Of a DNA stretch of 64,000 bases, positions 20,801-28,115 are shown piece after piece. Made by a program: the position numbers and the translations under genes. The stretch is from Candidatus Multivorans azotirespirans. Lineage in GTDB: Bacteria > Acidobacteriota > Thermoanaerobaculia > Multivoradales > Multivoraceae. The stretch is taken from contig JAPVXD010000159.1 in NCBI GenBank assembly GCA_027493095.1, positions 21,577 through 85,576 on the forward strand, in the 5' to 3' direction. Numbering within the stretch: position 1 is the first letter of the stretch; the number at the start of each line of letters is the position of its first letter. The notes below the pieces were generated by a model. That model was not told the DNA's origin. It searched no databases and saw only the letters and a list, made by a program, of their open reading frames with translations.

Positions 20801-21372
20801 GTACCGGGAACATCCTGACGCAGGTGGAAGAACTTGCGCGAACCGCGGGCGAGTTCTCGACCTACAGCAGGATCCCGCTCGCTCAGCCCGCCCCCGACGA
20901 TCTGGCGGAGGCGGTTCGAGAAGTGGTCGACGGCTACGGAAGCACAGCGTACGGGGCCGTGGCCGTTCGCTTCGAGTCGGAGCCCGGATCGGCGGATGCC
21001 CTGCTCGCGTTCGATAGGCGTTTGATGCAGCGGGCGCTCCGGAACCTGATCGAGAACGCCCTGCGGGCCAGCGGCAGGGATGGAGAGGTGCTCGTGAGGG
21101 TCGAGCCAAGTGGCCCGGCCGGCGCGGTCGCCGTGACGGTCTCGGATCGGGGTCCGGGTGTGTCAGACGGCGATCTGGAGCGGATCTTCGAGCCCTACTT
21201 CTCGACCTCGAGCGGCGGTACCGGCCTGGGGCTTCCGATCGCGCGCCGGATCGTCCAGGAGCACGGTGGATCGATTACCGCCGTGACCAGGTCCGGCGGG
21301 GGACTCGCGGTGCGCATCGTCCTTCCGGGCGGTCAGTCCGACGCATCGTCGTCCGCCGGCGCCTCCAATTGA
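17890..21372 (+). CDS. Very large membrane sensor histidine kinase, NtrY-like C-terminal module
   Basis: About 1160 aa. It has multiple TM segments and a long unassigned N-terminal sensor region. A HAMP-like segment is followed by the H-box AHEVKNPLTPIRLSTEHL, an N-box (NLIENALRA) and G-boxes (DRGPGV, GTGLGLPIARRIV). ATGA overlap with the cmk stop. No response regulator is adjacent. Confidence 0.8.
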   Translation: MTASAARRRGGTAEFRVILGLFALSAVLFAVERWPRSSDDPPLPTDAQMAAMESAYRDLLLDLLADAEGAAESVRRTVGVPFSPIQERQSTQARQGVFEELDRVSRTGGHTLVLVDPDDLAQAWGGPGLRHDLPLDRLLPGGINQTAGFTAVSLYAAVDMGAGEGGWRLIVGNSFPTDSLPFPTPFGLRRHDVRWSVRDHSAEPLTPALEALGIRELAPPDGVPGPWLRLRFEPGPEQSSTIGTMLALVAFALGAGLSMVWLFRRWSARAPAKPSPAVAILGLGGAAAAVGYGLFRWRIWVTDTTGAPPDPGASFGGPVGDWVVLLAAWSILAVTSFWAFGWSERRDWMHVLLTGAAAAVGVGLLAEATHRPALRALLADNVREGLDAPRPEEVAALAETTSAFLAATDLRMLALGDPRELDDHRDLALELWSRSPLAASEMVSALAVIRESGVSTFSYGLPVDPETGNLDAGSARWPAGDLPTWQQQRSASDEFSFGSAGQDWGTVRFWTAALPRVEVWSSVTSGAGAELQVRLLRGGPDRSPGGPVPSANAELAYVDGAGRPLVSRWQEDWLLPSPSESVDPRRTLKVETPAGPALAWFSPTDLPGLWIIALLPEESVAERLWRFATVAARVMLAVSLVALAVLLISLPTANLRRRLLPDFRRYSVRLTAVLALIAIVPLTLLNGLLFRNLATRVQAEQEAAGRTALVSLEYVLTDFLLGLEAGFSIDAQLDDELLSWLAEVVGHEVNLYWRGSVYASSKPDLFTAGLMPERIPGNVYSRLALLGHPTAARVQTTRQGTSYLELYTPVSLGEVRPGESGLFVSVPLLAQQEVATRELAALRRQALVVTTALVLLLVTVGARLARGFTRPLMRMIAGADRIAGGAASLGFSPRETELRTLGEAIDGMAERIASTRADLVRAQRLEAWAEMARLIAHEVKNPLTPIRLSTEHLRQVWRDAPDRLEEVFDRCTGNILTQVEELARTAGEFSTYSRIPLAQPAPDDLAEAVREVVDGYGSTAYGAVAVRFESEPGSADALLAFDRRLMQRALRNLIENALRASGRDGEVLVRVEPSGPAGAVAVTVSDRGPGVSDGDLERIFEPYFSTSSGGTGLGLPIARRIVQEHGGSITAVTRSGGGLAVRIVLPGGQSDASSSAGASN

Positions 21373-22922
21373 ACTGTCCGCGTGGGGAAGGCGATACGGA
21401 CCCCCAGCCGGTCGGCAAGGCGCAGAATCTCCAGGGCCAGGTTGTGGCGTAGCCGCAGCTCCGTACTCCAGTCCGGCGCGAGGAAGAAGACGTAGAGCAT
21501 GATCTCCAGGCCGTCGGTGCCGAACTCGTTCAGGTGGATCTCGAACGCGTCCTGGCGCATCGACTCGTTGGCGCGGACGATCCGGCGGAGCCCCTCGCAA
21601 AAGGCGTCAACAGTCTCCGGCGGCGTGTCGTATGTGATGCTGATGCGGGTGCTCCACCGACGGAACGCCCGAGCGCCGTAGTTGTCGACCGAGGCGTCGA
21701 TCAGCCTCGCGTTGGGCAGGGTGATCAGGGAGGCGTAGAACGTCCGGACGCGGGTACTGCGAAAGCCGATCTCCTCGACAACGCCTTCGACGTCCCCGAC
21801 CTTGACCCAGTCGCCGATGCGAAACGGGCGGTCGAGAAGCACGGTGACGGATCCGAACAGGTTCTTGAGCAGATCCTGCGCCGCCAGGGCCACCGCCAGA
21901 CCACTCAATCCCAGGCCGGCCAGTAGCGCTGTCACGTCCCGCCCCTGCTGAGCAAGCAGGAAGACGATGCCGAAGACGGCGACGGCCGCTTTCAGCGTCT
22001 TCGTGACGAACGGGACCAACTGGTCCTGGAACCGGTTCTCGGCCCTGGCGGCCCGTGCCCGCAGCGCCGTTCCGAGCAGGTCGATCTGGGCGAACGCCAC
22101 ACGGCCGAGCGCCAGCAGGAACAGCACCAGAACGACCACGTCCAGCCAGGCATGTACCTGGGGCGGCAAGCCCAGCCACTGGAGTCCCAGCCACCACACC
22201 CCGGCCATGACCAGCAGACCGATCGGGCGCAGGATGCGGCGCGCGCCCTGGACATCGAGGGACTCGTAGCGCCTGTTCAGCGGTCCGGAGAAGAGTCCGT
22301 AGGCGATCCAGACGACGATCCGGTCGATCAGCAGGCCGATCAGGACGAGGATCGGCAGCGCCAGCCATTGCCAGGGGTGAAGGACGAAGCCGCCGGTCCG
22401 GAGATAGGAGGGAACGCGATCCCGGAGCCAGGTCGCGGCCGTCACCGGTGCTTCCTCGACTCCCTCGACGACCGAGCGGTCCCGCAACTCCTGGTACAGG
22501 GTCGGGATGGACGCCACCGTTCCCCGTGAGAACAACCAGTTCCCGTTCTCGTCCGGCGCCAGGACGATCGGCGCGGAGAGTTCGTCGTTGAACACCCACC
22601 GTTCCAGGCCGCCATCGCCGGGAATGGCGGCGAGCTCCACGAACTCGAGGCGATCGATCACATGCTTCAGTTCACTGGCCAGGTTCCGTCCCTGGCGCGC
22701 CCGCACCGGGAAGGGAAGATCCCCCAGATCGAGGCAGCCGGCGGCGGTCTCCAGGTCGGGCCGTCCATCCTCGGTCGCGAACGCCTCGAGAAAGACGCGC
22801 ATGGTTTCGCGCGGACTCGGCAACGGCTGGTCCGCCGCCGGTTGGGCAAAGGCGAACCAGGCCGCGGCCAGGAGTGCGCCGCTGGCGAGGAGACTGACCC
22901 TTCGCAGCACGGGAGACCTCAT
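21333..22922 (-). CDS. Mechanosensitive ion channel family protein (MscS-like with N-terminal periplasmic extension)
   Basis: Signal-like N-terminus and several TM helices. The conserved MscS core is present (LLKNLFGSVTVLLDRPFRIGDWVKVGDVEGVVEEIGFRSTRVRT). Confidence 0.85.
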   Translation of the reverse strand: MRSPVLRRVSLLASGALLAAAWFAFAQPAADQPLPSPRETMRVFLEAFATEDGRPDLETAAGCLDLGDLPFPVRARQGRNLASELKHVIDRLEFVELAAIPGDGGLERWVFNDELSAPIVLAPDENGNWLFSRGTVASIPTLYQELRDRSVVEGVEEAPVTAATWLRDRVPSYLRTGGFVLHPWQWLALPILVLIGLLIDRIVVWIAYGLFSGPLNRRYESLDVQGARRILRPIGLLVMAGVWWLGLQWLGLPPQVHAWLDVVVLVLFLLALGRVAFAQIDLLGTALRARAARAENRFQDQLVPFVTKTLKAAVAVFGIVFLLAQQGRDVTALLAGLGLSGLAVALAAQDLLKNLFGSVTVLLDRPFRIGDWVKVGDVEGVVEEIGFRSTRVRTFYASLITLPNARLIDASVDNYGARAFRRWSTRISITYDTPPETVDAFCEGLRRIVRANESMRQDAFEIHLNEFGTDGLEIMLYVFFLAPDWSTELRLRHNLALEILRLADRLGVRIAFPTRTVQLEAPADDDASD

Positions 22923-23002
22923 GGCGGCGACACTCTTCCAACCAGAGCCGGAACGGTCAAGCGCCGACCGTCGTCACGTACTGCTACCGTCGCCGTTGCC
23001 AC

Positions 23003-23836
23003 ATGCGCGAAACCCTCCCGGTTCTATGCGTTGCCTTGCTTGCCGTACCGGCGTGCGCGCCGGCCGGGTCGAGCGATGCGGCGACGGGCGACGGGGCTGG
23101 CCAGCGACAGCCGGAACCGGAACGCTGGCTGGTCGAAGTGCTTGAGCGGCGTCCGCACGACACCAGGGCCTATACACAGGGTTTGCTGTGGCGCGACGGC
23201 GTGATCTACGAGAGCACTGGCTCGTACGGGGCCTCGAGCCTGCGCGCGTGGCGCTGGGCTGACGGCTCGGAACTGGCCCGGGTCGATCTCGAGCGTGACC
23301 TGTTCGGCGAAGGGATCGCCCTCCTCCCGGGCGCCGACGAGCGGTTGATTCAGTTGACCTGGCGGCGAGGTGTGGCCCTGGTGTGGGATCTTCCGCCGTT
23401 CAGCGAGCGGCGCAGGATGCGCTTCGACGGGGAAGGCTGGGGGCTCGCTTACGACGGATCCGAGCTCATCATGAGCGACGGCACGCCGATCCTCACCTTC
23501 CGCGATCCCGAGACACTGACGGTACGGCGTCGACTACGGGTGACGAGAAGCGGAATGCCCGTTGACGACCTGAACGAACTCGAGCTGGTGGACGACCTGC
23601 TGTTCGCGAACCTGTTCGGCAGCGACGAGATCGCCGCCATCGACATCGACTCCGGCTCGGTGGTGGCCATCGTCGACGCTTCGGGTCTGCTGACCCCGGA
23701 GGAGGCGGAGGAGGCCGACGTCCTCAACGGCATCGCCTACCGGCCCGAAGCCGGGACCTTCCTGCTGACCGGAAAGTACTGGCCCTGGGTCTTCGAGGTG
23801 CGGATTCTTGGCTACGATCCGCAGCCCGAACAGTGA
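23003..23836 (+). CDS. Glutaminyl-peptide cyclotransferase (beta-propeller type), lipoprotein
   Basis: Lipobox LLAVPAC. YTQGLLWRDGVIYESTGSYGASSLR and ELE.VDDLLFANLF motifs, typical of bacterial/plant glutamine cyclotransferases. Confidence 0.85.
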   Translation: MRETLPVLCVALLAVPACAPAGSSDAATGDGAGQRQPEPERWLVEVLERRPHDTRAYTQGLLWRDGVIYESTGSYGASSLRAWRWADGSELARVDLERDLFGEGIALLPGADERLIQLTWRRGVALVWDLPPFSERRRMRFDGEGWGLAYDGSELIMSDGTPILTFRDPETLTVRRRLRVTRSGMPVDDLNELELVDDLLFANLFGSDEIAAIDIDSGSVVAIVDASGLLTPEEAEEADVLNGIAYRPEAGTFLLTGKYWPWVFEVRILGYDPQPEQ

Positions 23837-23887
23837 GAATCTGAAGCACCACGAAACCTAAGGACCGGAAGGGGAGTACATCAGGGA

Positions 23888-24892
23888 ATGAGCGATCAGA
23901 TCTGGTACCTGGCCATCGACGGCAAGCAGGAAGGACCATACAGAGCGGAAGAAATCGAGGAGAGGATCCGTTCCGGATCGGTCGCGCGCGGTGCTCACGT
24001 GTATCGGGACGGCATGGGCAACTGGGCGCCGGTCGTCAGCGAACCACGGTTCGCCGCCGCCTTCGGCACACCGATCCCCAAGCCACCGGGCGGCGTGGCC
24101 GATGAGATCGACTTCGTGATCGTCGGCGAGGAAATGCAGTTCGTCGAGATCACGCTCGACCCGGGAGAGGCCTGCATCGCGGAGGCGGGGTCGTTCATGT
24201 ACATGGATCCCGGCATCGAGATGAACACGATCTTCGGCGACGGTTCGGAGCGCGGGGCCGGCGGCTTCATGGACAAGCTCCTTTCCGCCGGCAAGCGGGT
24301 CCTGACGGGTGAGTCCCTGTTCATGACGGTGTTCGGAAACGGCGCGGGGGCCCGCCGGAACGTCGCCTTCGCTTCGCCCTATCCCGGGCGCATCATTCCC
24401 CTCGATCTTCCCGCCCATGGCAACACGATCCTCTGTCAGAAGGACGCCTTTCTCTGTGCCGCCAAGGGCGTGTCGGTCGGCATCGCGTTTCAGCGGAAGC
24501 TCGGAGCGGGCCTGTTCGGCGGCGAAGGTTTCATCCTGCAGAAACTGGAGGGCGACGGACTCGCGTTCGTTCACGCCGGCGGCACGGTGGTCGAGCGCGA
24601 GCTCGGCGCCGGCGAGACGCTTCGGCTGGACACGGGCTGTCTGGTCGCCTTCGAGCGCCAGGTCGACTACGACATCCAGACGGTGCCCGGGATCAAGACC
24701 GCACTGTTCGGCGGCGAGGGACTGTTCTTCGCCTCCCTGACCGGGCCCGGTAAGGTGTGGATCCAGTCGCTTCCGTTCAGCCGGCTGGCGAGCCGGGTGT
24801 ACGCCGCCGCGCCCCAGACCGGTGGAACCCGCAAGGGAGAAGGTTCCGTGCTCGGCGGCCTGGGCGGCCTGGTGATGGGTGACCGGCGCTAG
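23888..24892 (+). CDS. GYF_2 (DUF4339)-domain fused to an AIM24/TIGR00266-family domain
   Basis: N-terminus [18 protein letters not shown]...GMGNWAPV matches the GYF_2 pattern. The remainder ([23 protein letters not shown] ... [21 protein letters not shown] ... [12 protein letters not shown]) matches the AIM24/DUF124 family pattern. Confidence 0.7.
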   Translation: MSDQIWYLAIDGKQEGPYRAEEIEERIRSGSVARGAHVYRDGMGNWAPVVSEPRFAAAFGTPIPKPPGGVADEIDFVIVGEEMQFVEITLDPGEACIAEAGSFMYMDPGIEMNTIFGDGSERGAGGFMDKLLSAGKRVLTGESLFMTVFGNGAGARRNVAFASPYPGRIIPLDLPAHGNTILCQKDAFLCAAKGVSVGIAFQRKLGAGLFGGEGFILQKLEGDGLAFVHAGGTVVERELGAGETLRLDTGCLVAFERQVDYDIQTVPGIKTALFGGEGLFFASLTGPGKVWIQSLPFSRLASRVYAAAPQTGGTRKGEGSVLGGLGGLVMGDRR

Positions 24893-24916
24893 CTCCGACC
24901 CGGACGGCGCCGCCGC

Positions 24917-25192
24917 TCAGGTTGCGATCGACTCGATCTTCAGCATGCGGGCCCAGGCCGCACGCAGGCTCTCCGGCAGGTCCAGGTCGTCGAACAGTTC
25001 CCGCACGTCATCCCGGGAGACGTAGTCCCAGATGTCCTCCCACTGCGCGTAGCGCAGCATGCAGGAGATCGCGATACAGCGGTCCTCGTGGCTCCCGCCA
25101 TGGAGCATCTCCTCGAGTTCCTCGCCGGTCACGTCCCGCTCCGGGAAGAAGTAGAGGGGCTGGGAACTGGGAACCATCAAGTGCGAGGACAA
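24917..25192 (-). CDS. Hypothetical small acidic protein (91 aa)
   Basis: Composition is protein-like and unlike the GC-driven artefact ORFs. It is convergent with the AIM24 gene. I recognise no family with confidence. Confidence 0.45.
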   Translation of the reverse strand: MSSHLMVPSSQPLYFFPERDVTGEELEEMLHGGSHEDRCIAISCMLRYAQWEDIWDYVSRDDVRELFDDLDLPESLRAAWARMLKIESIAT

Positions 25193-25245
25193 GGGGCGCG
25201 AGGGTGCGCATCATAGCGTCTTTCTTGCGGCGCCGACCGGGGTGC

Positions 25246-25274
25246 TTGACCGCCCGCGGGGGCTGGGTTACCTT
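25246..25274 (+). promoter_or_regulatory. Candidate sigma-70 promoter for tRNA-Gly(CCC)
   Basis: TTGACC (25246-25251), a 17-nt spacer, then TACCTT (25269-25274), about 20 nt upstream of the tRNA 5' end. Confidence 0.35.
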
Positions 25275-25293
25275 GAACGCCGTCTGAGTGCCT

Positions 25294-25369
25294 GCGGGCA
25301 TAACTCAGTTGGCAGAGTGCCAGCTTCCCAAGCTGGATGTCGCGGGTTCGAGTCCCGTTGCCCGCTCCA
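25294..25369 (+). tRNA. tRNA-Gly (anticodon CCC)
   Basis: Cloverleaf by eye: acceptor GCGGGCA/TGCCCGC, anticodon arm CCAGC-TTCCCAA-GCTGG, T arm GCGGGTTCGAGTCCCGT, encoded CCA. Confidence 0.95.
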
Positions 25370-25436
25370 GACGCCTCAGCCGACGCGTGACCTGGTCCGG
25401 AACGAAACCAAGAGACAGGAAGGGTACAAAGAGCAG

Positions 25437-25904
25437 ATGGCGTTCTTCAAGAAGGATCTCGAGGAAACCGCGGCGGATGCCGCGTTGACACCTCCCGGCG
25501 AGGTGAGGTCGCCTTCAGCTGCGCCGGCGCGCACGTACGTGGCGCCCGGTTCGCATATCGACGGCAGCATCGCGGGTGACGCCGAGGTCCTGGTCGACGG
25601 TTCTCTGACGGGGAACGTGGAGCTCAAGGGCCGGTTCGTCCTCGGGCGGCGAGGCCGGATCGAGGCTGACGTGGTTGCCCAGTCCGTTCAGATCTCGGGC
25701 CATGTGAAGGGGGACGTCCGGGCATCGGAGAAGATCGAGGTGCTGTCGTCGGGCTCCGTCGAGGGCGACCTGACGGCTCCCCTTGTGTCCATCGCCGAGG
25801 GAGGCATCTGCAACGGCAGGATCGAGATGAGCGGCACGCTGGCGATCGGTGCGGCGCCAGGCCGGAGCTACGCGAGCGCCGCCGGCGGTTCGGGCGAGTC
25901 CTGA
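25437..25904 (+). CDS. Bactofilin (DUF583 polymer-forming cytoskeletal protein)
   Basis: Repetitive beta-helix pattern G.I.G....VDG...G.V (GSHIDGSIAGDAEVLVDGSLTGNVELKGRFVLGRRGRIEADVVAQSVQISGHVKGDV...). I chose the ATG at 25437; the longer ORF from 25242 runs through the tRNA. Confidence 0.85.
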   Translation: MAFFKKDLEETAADAALTPPGEVRSPSAAPARTYVAPGSHIDGSIAGDAEVLVDGSLTGNVELKGRFVLGRRGRIEADVVAQSVQISGHVKGDVRASEKIEVLSSGSVEGDLTAPLVSIAEGGICNGRIEMSGTLAIGAAPGRSYASAAGGSGES

Positions 25905-26863
25905 CGGTCGATGGGCAGGCCCTGATCCAGGCGACAGGCCTGGCACAGGGTTCGAAGATCCCCAGGCACCGGAGCCGTAAAGGTACGGGAGGGTGCGCCG
26001 GCGAACCCCGGCAACGTGAGCCGAAGTGCATGGAGAGCCGGTCGCGGGAACTCGCGCAGGGGCCGGCGCACGGATGGTTCGAGGTTCCGCCAGCGAGACT
26101 CGCCATAGGTCGGATCGCCGACGAGGGGATGCCCGATCGCCTTGCAATGAACCCGGATCTGGTGCGTCCTGCCGGTCAGGATTCTCAGTTTCAGCAGTGA
26201 AAGGCCGGGAGCCTCCGCCAGCAGCCGGTAGCGGCTGATGGCCGGCCGTCCTCCCCTCGCTACATCTAGCACCGCCATTCGGGTGCGCACCGCCGGGTCG
26301 CGGCCGATCGGTAGCTCGATCTGTCCCTGGAACGGTTCGGGCCGGCCGTAGACCACGGCCAGATACACCTTGTCGACTTCGCGCTCGGCAAAGGCGCGAC
26401 TCAGCCGCCGGTAGGCGGCATCGCTGCACGCGACGGCAAGGACGCCGCTGGTGCCCGCGTCCAGGCGATGGACGATACCGGGTCGCTCCGCAGAGCCGAC
26501 TCCGGCGATGCCGGGGCGGTGATGGAGCAGCATGTTCACCAGGGTGCCTCCCGACACGCCGCTGCCGGGGTGAACGATCAGGCCCGCGGGCTTGTCCACG
26601 ACCAGCAGGTTCTCGTCCTCGTGGATCACCGAAAGGGGGCCTGGCTCGGCGAGCGGTTGCTTCGCCGGAGGCGGCGGCAGGCGGCAGACGATCTCCTCGC
26701 CGCCCCGCAGCACGTAGGAGGGCTTGAGCGGGGAGCCGCCAGCAGTGACAAGACCGCGGCGGATGAGGTTCTGGACCCGGTTCCGGGGCTGGTCGAGAAC
26801 CCGCGCGAGGTAGACGTCGATCCGCTCGCCAGCCGCCGAGGCTGGCGCCTCGATGGACGTCAC
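25868..26863 (-). CDS. rluD: 23S rRNA pseudouridine synthase, RluA/RluD family
   Basis: S4-like N-terminus, catalytic HRLDAGTSGVL, and GRTHQIRVH. Confidence 0.9.
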   Translation of the reverse strand: MTSIEAPASAAGERIDVYLARVLDQPRNRVQNLIRRGLVTAGGSPLKPSYVLRGGEEIVCRLPPPPAKQPLAEPGPLSVIHEDENLLVVDKPAGLIVHPGSGVSGGTLVNMLLHHRPGIAGVGSAERPGIVHRLDAGTSGVLAVACSDAAYRRLSRAFAEREVDKVYLAVVYGRPEPFQGQIELPIGRDPAVRTRMAVLDVARGGRPAISRYRLLAEAPGLSLLKLRILTGRTHQIRVHCKAIGHPLVGDPTYGESRWRNLEPSVRRPLREFPRPALHALRLTLPGFAGAPSRTFTAPVPGDLRTLCQACRLDQGLPIDRQDSPEPPAALA

Positions 26864-27390
26864 TTCGAGGAGCCGGCCCCGACCAGTTCGCTCCGGCCCG
26901 CCCTGGCCTCAGTGGTCCGGTTTCCCAGGGACGGAACAAAGCTGTGGACCAGCATCAGGACGATGCCGACCGTCACACCGCTGTCGGCGACGTTGAAGGC
27001 CGGCCAGTGATGCGTGCCGACATAGACGTCGAGGAAGTCGGTTACCGCCCGCAGCAGGATGCGGTCGACCAGGTTGCCGATCGCGCCGCCGAGCACCAGG
27101 GACAGGGAAAGGAGAAGCAGCCGTTCCCGTTCGGGGGTGCGCCGGAAGTAGATCGAAACGATGGCGAGCGCGGCGAAGCCGAGAGCCGTCAGCATCAGCG
27201 TGCCGCCGAGTTCACGCCCGGCCGGAAACAGGCCGAAGGCGATGCCGGTGTTCTGCACGTGCACCAGATCGAAGAAGCCGGGCACGACCTCCAGTCGCTC
27301 GTGTGGCTGCAGGGCGCTTTCGATCCAGAGTTTGGTCCACTGGTCGAGCGCCACGATCAGGGCTGAGACGACGAGGAATCTAGCCCGCAT
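26860..27390 (-). CDS. lspA: Lipoprotein signal peptidase II
   Basis: DQWTKLWIE, NTGIAFG, GGAIGNLVDR and WPAFNVADS motifs. ATG at 27390; the longest ORF reaches 27426. Confidence 0.88.
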   Translation of the reverse strand: MRARFLVVSALIVALDQWTKLWIESALQPHERLEVVPGFFDLVHVQNTGIAFGLFPAGRELGGTLMLTALGFAALAIVSIYFRRTPERERLLLLSLSLVLGGAIGNLVDRILLRAVTDFLDVYVGTHHWPAFNVADSGVTVGIVLMLVHSFVPSLGNRTTEARAGRSELVGAGSSK

Positions 27391-27422
27391 GGGTCGCGCG
27401 CCTGAGCAGTCGGGGCGCGGAG

Positions 27423-28076
27423 TCACTGCACTTCGGGAGCATTGGCTTCACGGGGCGCGATCGTACCAGCAGTCCCGGTCCACGCGGTCTCGAGGTCCAC
27501 TGCGGTGCGCGGGTCGACGAAGGCCCTGATCGCAGCCACGCCGTGCGCACCGGTCCGGGCGACCGAGGCCGCATTGCCGGCTTCGACACCGCCGACGGCA
27601 AGCACCGGCAGGCCGACGCCCACCGCCCGTCGAAGCCGCTCCAGGCCCTGGGCCGGGCCGAAGCGCCTCTTCTCCGGGGAGTCGAACACGGGGCCGAACA
27701 GGGCGTAGTGGGCTCCAGCCTCCGATGCGAGCTCGAGTTCTGCCAGGCTGTGCGTGGAGACTCCCAGCAGGAGATTCCGCCGCCGAACACGCGCGCCCAC
27801 CTCCCGCCACGGTGCGTCGGATGGCAGGTGAACGCCATCGGCATCGCAGGCCAGGGCGGCTTCGAGGTCGCCGTTCACGATCAGCACGCCGTCGAAGGCG
27901 CTTCGGAGGGTGCGGCCGAGGCGGATCAGATCGGGCCGTTCCAGGTCCTTCTCCCGCAGTTGAACGGCCGTGCCCGCGGGGAGCGAGCGCACCCAGCGTC
28001 CGAGTCCACCGGCACCACCGCAGAGCTGCCGCGCGCTGATCGCAACCAGGGACGGAATCCCGGGCCCCTCTCTCAT
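27423..28076 (-). CDS. thiE: Thiamine-phosphate synthase
   Basis: VQLREKDL, DGVHL, STHS and YALFGPVF...K motifs, plus VLAVGGV. Confidence 0.85.
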   Translation of the reverse strand: MREGPGIPSLVAISARQLCGGAGGLGRWVRSLPAGTAVQLREKDLERPDLIRLGRTLRSAFDGVLIVNGDLEAALACDADGVHLPSDAPWREVGARVRRRNLLLGVSTHSLAELELASEAGAHYALFGPVFDSPEKRRFGPAQGLERLRRAVGVGLPVLAVGGVEAGNAASVARTGAHGVAAIRAFVDPRTAVDLETAWTGTAGTIAPREANAPEVQ

Positions 28077-28115
28077 GCGCTCGACCTGTCAGGGCCCCAG
28101 CGCATCAGATGGCCG

